Assembly (NCBI GenBank): GCA_040770465.1
Contig: JAXGJB010000051.1
Location: forward strand, 1-12,396
Source: Methanothrix sp.
GTDB lineage: Archaea; Halobacteriota; Methanosarcinia; Methanotrichales; Methanotrichaceae
Length of the DNA stretch: 12,396 bases
Direction of reading: 5' to 3'
Shown piece by piece: positions 7,461-12,396 of this stretch. Position numbers and translations under genes: made by a program. The notes under the pieces were generated by a model. That model was not told the origin of the DNA. It saw only the letters and a program-made list of their open reading frames with translations, and searched no databases. Numbering within the stretch: position 1 is the stretch's first letter; each line of letters begins with the position of its first letter.

Positions 7461-8315
7461 ATGATCATCGGTGGACCATCCTCCCAGCTTCTGGGGGGTA
7501 GGATAGCGGCAATTCTCAAAGAAGATCTGGCTTTGTGCGAGTACAGCAGTTTTCCCGACGGTGAGGCTTATACTCAGGTCTGCTCCGACCTCGACGGCAG
7601 GATCGTCGTCGTCCAGAGCACGCCGTCGGACCGGGATATAATCCAGCTCCTCCAGCTTCTGGACGTCTGTCGGGGAAGGAAGATCGACCTCGTCATCCCC
7701 TACTTCGGGTACGCCCGGCAGGACAAGCAGTTCAAGCCCGGCGAGCCCCTATCCGCGAGGGCGATGGCCATAGCCGTAGACGCCTTCCTGGAAGAGGGCT
7801 CCCGGATCTTCACCATCAACATCCACGACCGGTCGGTCCTCAACAACTTCAGCCACCAGGCCACGGACCTCGACGCAACGCCCCTTCTGGCCGACGAGAT
7901 CAAAAAGATGGGCCTCGACGACCCGGTGATCATATCTCCGGACAAGGGGGCGGTCCGGATGGCGAAGGCCGCCGCCGAGAGGCTCGGCGTCCCCTACGAC
8001 TACCTGGAGAAGACGAGGCACAGCGGGACGGAGGTGTCGATGGCCCCAAAGGAGATCGACGCCGCAGGAAGGGACGTGGTCATCCTCGACGACATGATCG
8101 CCACCGGCGGGACGATGGCCCAGGCGATATCGATCCTTAGAGCGGGCGGCGCGAAGAGGGTCTACCTCGGCTCGGTCCATCCCGTCCTGACCGGGAGCGC
8201 CGTCCTGAAGCTCTGCCGGGCGGGGGTCGAGTCGATCATCGCGACCGACACCCTGGAGAAGGCGGTCAGCACCGTGACCGTCGCGGGGCTCGTCGCCGAG
8301 GCCCTCCGGCGGTAG
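7461..8315 (+). CDS. prs: Ribose-phosphate pyrophosphokinase (PRPP synthetase)
   Basis: FPDGE, IPYFGYARQDKQFKPGE, SPDKGA and the PRPP loop VVILDDMIATGGTM. Start is ATG 7461 or GTG 7458, after GAGG. Confidence 0.97.
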   Translation: MIIGGPSSQLLGGRIAAILKEDLALCEYSSFPDGEAYTQVCSDLDGRIVVVQSTPSDRDIIQLLQLLDVCRGRKIDLVIPYFGYARQDKQFKPGEPLSARAMAIAVDAFLEEGSRIFTINIHDRSVLNNFSHQATDLDATPLLADEIKKMGLDDPVIISPDKGAVRMAKAAAERLGVPYDYLEKTRHSGTEVSMAPKEIDAAGRDVVILDDMIATGGTMAQAISILRAGGAKRVYLGSVHPVLTGSAVLKLCRAGVESIIATDTLEKAVSTVTVAGLVAEALRR

Positions 8316-8529
8316 AGACGTTCTTCCTATTTACCAGTAAATCTCGCTGGAAAACATGTGTTCCGATATCTGCATAAAGCGGAACCTTCGATTTGGGTGC
8401 CACATAATTTGCTAGACTTCCTCAGACGGAGCATTTATGGAGAATACGCTAACCTTCTTGGGAAAGATTGAAATAGCTAATAGGCTACTTGGAAATCTGG
8501 GAAGACTTGTGTAAAGGAGGAAGGCGTTC

Positions 8530-9411
8530 TTGCAGAGGGTCATTTTAGCTATGCTTGGCCTGAGCGTGCTCATCGGGCTGGCTATGTCAGTGGATTATCA
8601 ACTTGAAGAGCAATCCACGGGAGTAGAATTCACCTATGAGGATAGCACCAGCGGCCATGGTTTTTTTGCGAGCAACAATAAAGTAATAGCACATGGTGCG
8701 CACGCTGACCCTCTTGTGACGAGCAGATTGGCTGAAATGTACCTTAAGAAAACGAGTCATGGTAGTGGATCGATTGAAAGAGAGTCAATTATAATATCTA
8801 ATGAGTCAAACAAAAAACAGGTCTATCCAGCTATGATTTTTGCGTTTGGATTGGTAGCGACTGCAGATGATCATAGTATGGTCTATTCACCTCAAACTGT
8901 GCCCATTGGAAATGGTTACTACGCTAACCATCCTATGAACTTTAGTTCCCTATTAAGCGATAAGACCCATGTCAAGAATTATGCTTCAAAGACGTGTATG
9001 GGTCAAGAGATCAATTATGCCCATGGTATTAATATGGACCAAATAGCCAGCGCAGAGGATGATTACCTCGATACAGGCGTTGCAAAAAGCCTGGGCAGGA
9101 CTTCCATGAATTTTGAAGGGGTTGTCACAGACGGTACAGCCCAGTTAGAAGTGCAGGAAGGCGGTATTCGTAAGTGGAGCAACCCAGATATCGATATATA
9201 TGAGGTCTATTCAGGAACTTTCAATTTCTCGACCAAGATGAACTTGACGGTTCCAGTGTACAGGAGTTTGGATAAGGATTATCCGTGGCTCTCCTGCTGT
9301 ATTGGCGGCGAGGAGTACATGTCGCCTTGCGACAAGGAGGCCTTGGGGGGAGATGCAGAAGGGGTGTTTGACTGCATCTATCCTGAAGGGCTCGTGAAGG
9401 AGGGAGAATGA
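8530..9411 (+). CDS. Hypothetical secreted protein with Cys-rich C-terminal segment
   Basis: 293-aa ORF with AGGAGG upstream of the TTG, an N-terminal signal-like segment (MQRVILAMLGLSVLIGLAMS) and C-terminal WLSCCIGG...PCD...VFDC. Confidence 0.8.
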   Translation: MQRVILAMLGLSVLIGLAMSVDYQLEEQSTGVEFTYEDSTSGHGFFASNNKVIAHGAHADPLVTSRLAEMYLKKTSHGSGSIERESIIISNESNKKQVYPAMIFAFGLVATADDHSMVYSPQTVPIGNGYYANHPMNFSSLLSDKTHVKNYASKTCMGQEINYAHGINMDQIASAEDDYLDTGVAKSLGRTSMNFEGVVTDGTAQLEVQEGGIRKWSNPDIDIYEVYSGTFNFSTKMNLTVPVYRSLDKDYPWLSCCIGGEEYMSPCDKEALGGDAEGVFDCIYPEGLVKEGE

Positions 9412-9414
9412 AAT

Positions 9415-10620
9415 ATGTCGATAAAGATATGGCATTTGCCTCTCATACTATTCCTGATAATGGTAATTTCATGCACTGCGAGTGGCCAATATAAACCAAA
9501 TTTGGTTATTTGCGGAATTTGGCAGACTGAAGAACATCAAGCAAGAAATGAAGGCTTCGCAGAGACTCTTAATGCTGAATATATCCCTACATACTATACC
9601 GGTTGGGAGTATAACCCTCAGGACGTCCAGGCCGTACAGGATGCCACGCCCCACTTTATTGACGTGTATGATAACCCTGTGGAAGAGGAACCTGCAACAT
9701 CCGGGGGATTTGTGAATCGAAATGTTATAAATTCCGAAGGGCTATACAAAGATTATCGGTACAAGGCGACGGATCTCAATGGACTAACGGACGAACGATT
9801 GAACGGACCATCTGAAGATGACCCAGTCCATTATGATACCATCTATGCCCATAGTGGTGGTGGAAGAACAGCGGTAACGGCCTTATTATACCAAGATGTG
9901 ACTTGCGATAAACTTGTGCTGGTTGATCCCGGGATGGTAAGTGATTCTGAAATTCAGCAACTATTAGATAAAGGTATTGATATTGTCTATTATCAATATT
10001 ATGCTGAACATTGGTATAATGAGCCCACTTTGGGCTATGCCTGGCGAGGTCAAATTTTGGAAAACGATTTTCAGCAAGGTGATCCAAAGGGCAATCTTAT
10101 CGTAAATGCAGTAGGAAGCGAAGCCTTGGGCGGAAAAACAGGGAACGATGCTCATGTGCAGATATGGGAATACGCCCTAAGTGAGGAGAGCCAGGCCATC
10201 AGAGATCAATTAGACGAAGAAAAAAGATATAAGCCCATACCCAAATCTCTTCTCAAAGAAGAATTCTTGGAGTCGTTAAGAACTCCTCTGTTGTCGCCAT
10301 CGGATTCGGGTCCGTCATGGGGTTTTGAGGGAACAGATATCCCAGAAACATCCGGTGATAATACGTACTTCGACGAAGCAAATGATGTGTGGTACGTCGA
10401 CGCCCTCGAATGGAGCGGTGACAGAAGTCTTTACTCAAAACCAGCCGCCCCGCTTCATTTCGTTTCAGGAGAACTAAATACATATGGATATAACTGGATA
10501 TATCTTCCATTTGAGCGAACAGGGCTTTGGCATACTCCAGGGTATGATGATTGGGTTACAGAAACCTTAGCTTCAATGGGGATGTCAGGTCCAACTGCTG
10601 GTTATGGGGTGCTAATGTAA
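9415..10620 (+). CDS. Hypothetical secreted protein, possible alpha/beta-hydrolase fold
   Basis: 401-aa ORF with GGAGGGAG upstream and a 3-nt gap to the previous gene. Signal-like N-terminus. TIYAHSGGGRTA resembles a nucleophile elbow and is followed by KLVLVDP. Coding status is likely but the function is inferred. Confidence 0.75.
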   Translation: MSIKIWHLPLILFLIMVISCTASGQYKPNLVICGIWQTEEHQARNEGFAETLNAEYIPTYYTGWEYNPQDVQAVQDATPHFIDVYDNPVEEEPATSGGFVNRNVINSEGLYKDYRYKATDLNGLTDERLNGPSEDDPVHYDTIYAHSGGGRTAVTALLYQDVTCDKLVLVDPGMVSDSEIQQLLDKGIDIVYYQYYAEHWYNEPTLGYAWRGQILENDFQQGDPKGNLIVNAVGSEALGGKTGNDAHVQIWEYALSEESQAIRDQLDEEKRYKPIPKSLLKEEFLESLRTPLLSPSDSGPSWGFEGTDIPETSGDNTYFDEANDVWYVDALEWSGDRSLYSKPAAPLHFVSGELNTYGYNWIYLPFERTGLWHTPGYDDWVTETLASMGMSGPTAGYGVLM

Positions 10621-10621
10621 T

Positions 10622-10663
10622 TTACCCCTGGAGAGGTCTTCTTAACCCCGGTCCTCCAGGTAA
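10622..10663. terminator. Imperfect stem-loop immediately after the 9415-10620 gene
   Basis: CCTGGAG (10627-10633) pairs with CTCCAGG (10654-10660), extendable by TTA/TAA across a 2-nt bulge. It lies between convergent genes and has no T-tail. Confidence 0.3.
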
Positions 10664-10833
10664 GAGGTATGTTGCCGAGAGGGAGTCTTAACTGTGAGGC
10701 CCTGTTCGGCAAGCACCTCCTCCACACCAACAGCGGCTCGTTTGCCCGCAAAGCCATGGGTAACAGCACTGCACCATCGTAGGTCATGACCCAAGGATCG
10801 TGGCGGGAACCGGTCCGAGGTCCTGGGAATTCT

Positions 10834-11166
10834 TCAGGCGTCGAAACGCTCGTAGCTCTTCTTTCTATTATTGATGTCCGCCGCCAGGTAAATGCTCGTT
10901 GTACGAATAGACTGATGACCAAGCTGCTGCTGCAAATCGTTCAGCGGGATACCACCATCGAGCGCATGAACCGCGTGCAAGTGCCTCATCGTGTGCAGTG
11001 TGGCGATGTTCAGCGTCTTGCCCGCTTTAGATCTGGCATAAGCTCTCTGCACTCCAGCCTGCCTCGCCGCCTTGTCGATCACCATCCGTATCCATCGCTG
11101 CTTGACGAGCTTGCCGGGATCGTGACCTGGAAACAGCCTGACCGAACCTTCGGCCAGGCTCTCGAT
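10834..11166 (-). pseudogene. 5'-truncated tyrosine recombinase/integrase (C-terminal catalytic half)
   Basis: Box II motifs HTMRH (HxxR), LQQQLGH and TTSIY (catalytic Tyr). The frame extends upstream of ATG 11085 as IESLAEGSVRLFPGHDPGKLVKQRWIR up to TAG at 11169-11167. Box I Arg and the DNA-binding domains are absent. Confidence 0.88.
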
Positions 11167-11178
11167 CTATCTCTCAGC

Positions 11179-12225
11179 TCAGGGATACGCGTACGCTCCC
11201 TCGAGATCCAGGTCGAAGAACCTTCGGATCATATCCTGGTGAACTTCTTCGGGGTCGACATCCTCGAAGAGCTGAGGATGGAACCACTTGGCGAGATAAA
11301 GCTCCCCGATTATCGATCGCAACCCGCTGTTGGCCTTGCTGTTCAGGACGTGAACCCTCCCGTCCCTGACGGCTTTGACGTTGGCGAGCTCCGGCCGGGA
11401 TAGGATCTCGTCCCTCACCGCCGCAAGCTCCTCTTCGGTGGACGTCTCCCCGGTGGTGGACCAGGCGAGCTTCACGATGACGTCGGGGTCGCTTTCGACC
11501 ACCCACTCCGGGCTCACCGTGGGGTACTCGATCTCCTCATCGCCTGCGATGTTGTCGCCTCCGGCGAAGACCACCAGGTTGTGGGAGGATGTCCCAGCAG
11601 ACGCCGTATGGTAGACCCATTCCCGCTCCAAAAAGACGTCGGGCCTCTCATCGGGACCTAGCCCCGAGACGTTATCTTCGACGATCCTCTGAAACCCCTC
11701 AAGAAAGTCGACGAGATCCGCCGCCCGCTCCTCCTCGTCGAGGATCAGTCCCAGCTGTCCTGCGACCTCGATGACCCTTGGCGGGTCTACGAAGCTCTCT
11801 TCGAGGACCGGTATCCCGGCGTTCTCAAGGCTCGCTCTCGCATCGTCTTTGAGCATGGTGTCGGCTATCACCAGGTCCGGGTCCTGCTCGACTATCAGCT
11901 CCAGGTCGGGGGAGAGGGAGCTTTTGCCCATGACCGCCACCTCCGCGAGGCTTGGCGGGAAGAGGGAGCTCTCGCCCCGGCCGACGATCCTGTCGCCTGC
12001 GCCCAGAGCGCAAATGATCTCCGAGCCCGATGAGCTGAGGCTGACGATCTTCTCTACGGGCTGGGCAATGGTCACAGACCTGCCGGTGTAATCGGTGACG
12101 GTGACCTCCTGGCCGAAGGCCGGCGGGGAGAGGGCCGCGATGCAGATGAAGATGGATAGGCAGATCGAGATACGTAGGCGGGCTGATCTCGATCTGTTTG
12201 AGTTATGGCACCTTTTCAATTTCAA
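11179..12225 (-). CDS. ABC transporter substrate-binding protein, cobalamin/iron-siderophore (BtuF/FecB-like) family
   Basis: Signal peptide, then VTVTDYTGRSVTI...PVEKIVSL...EIICALGAGDRIVG, PDLELIVEQDPDLVI, VSPEWVVESDPDVIV, AVRDGRVH, LAKWFHPQLF. AAGGTG lies before the TTG start. The substrate cannot be determined. Confidence 0.92.
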   Translation of the reverse strand: MKLKRCHNSNRSRSARLRISICLSIFICIAALSPPAFGQEVTVTDYTGRSVTIAQPVEKIVSLSSSGSEIICALGAGDRIVGRGESSLFPPSLAEVAVMGKSSLSPDLELIVEQDPDLVIADTMLKDDARASLENAGIPVLEESFVDPPRVIEVAGQLGLILDEEERAADLVDFLEGFQRIVEDNVSGLGPDERPDVFLEREWVYHTASAGTSSHNLVVFAGGDNIAGDEEIEYPTVSPEWVVESDPDVIVKLAWSTTGETSTEEELAAVRDEILSRPELANVKAVRDGRVHVLNSKANSGLRSIIGELYLAKWFHPQLFEDVDPEEVHQDMIRRFFDLDLEGAYAYP

Positions 12226-12239
12226 GCGAACACCTTATG

Positions 12240-12290
12240 AAGTTAAGTATCTTTAAGTTAAAGTAAAACATATTGTCTAATAAGGCTTTC
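12240..12290 (-). promoter_or_regulatory. Putative promoter and palindromic operator of the ABC binding-protein gene
   Basis: Minus strand GAAAGCCTTATTAG (12290-12277) is BRE/TATA-like. The palindrome CTTTAA-G-TTAAAG at 12251-12263 lies near the expected transcription start. Confidence 0.45.
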
Positions 12291-12300
12291 GGCTGCGAAG

Positions 12301-12396
12301 AATCGTGGGATTCAATCATGGGATTCCATCATGGGATTCAATCATGGGATTCCATCATAGGATTCGATCGTGGGATTCAATCCTTGGATTGAATCT
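12301..12396. repeat. 13-bp tandem repeat, about 7 copies, consensus AATCATGGGATTC; may continue beyond the window
   Basis: Units: AATCGTGGGATTC, AATCATGGGATTC, CATCATGGGATTC, AATCATGGGATTC, CATCATAGGATTC, GATCGTGGGATTC, AATCCTTGGATTG, then AATCT. Confidence 0.92.

Larger units (their letters stand above)
8316..11170. mobile_element. Candidate decayed genomic island (AT-richer cargo plus integrase remnant)
   Basis: GC falls abruptly after the prs stop. Hand counts: 41/60 at 8221-8280, 19/60 at 8761-8820, 14/60 at 9961-10020. Two uncharacterised genes and a truncated tyrosine recombinase at the right end. No att site or tRNA seen, so boundaries are approximate. Confidence 0.5.

Noticed and set aside
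8316-11166. Integron (IntI plus gene cassettes)
   Set aside because: The remnant lacks the long IntI-specific insertion after the LFP patch, and I found no attC-like AAC...GTT hairpin. The two genes are only 3 nt apart.
11167-11181. Selenocysteine or pyrrolysine readthrough fusing the ABC protein to the integrase fragment
   Set aside because: It would need two different stops read through, the binding protein ends at a normal family C-terminus, and a secreted integrase fusion is implausible.
10602-11403. ORFs 10602-10922 (-) and 10786-11403 (+)
   Set aside because: They overlap the integrase remnant and/or the ABC gene in other frames and show no recognisable motifs.
12226-12300. Cobalamin riboswitch upstream of the BtuF-like gene
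   Set aside because: The leader is short and AT-rich, with no B12-box or matching structure.
12301-12396. CRISPR array
   Set aside because: Units are 13 bp, contiguous and have no unique spacers, and there are no cas genes in the window.

Overview
GC-rich euryarchaeal DNA, most like a Methanothrix-type methanogen (inferred from gene content and codon style). Bases 1-8315 are mostly housekeeping: a partial bacterial-type phosphoglycerate mutase (gpmA) and a small PUA-domain gene on the minus strand, then on the plus strand a nitrilase-family hydrolase, the conserved archaeal cluster priS - gins15/51 - rpl44e - rps27e - aIF2-alpha - nop10 - PAC2 proteasome chaperone, a PmbA/TldE protein and prs. 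rps27e appears to start at a CTG codon, and gpmA and nop10 are missing from the ORF track. From about 8316 to 11170 lies a candidate decayed island: an AT-richer segment with two uncharacterised secreted proteins (one with a Cys-rich tail, one with an alpha/beta-hydrolase-like AHSGGG motif) and a 5'-truncated tyrosine recombinase that abuts a BtuF-like ABC binding-protein gene. The window ends in a 13-bp semi-palindromic tandem repeat that turns into a perfect inverted repeat at the edge. I cannot demonstrate a complete new system. The island, the CTG start and the terminal repeat are the best leads.
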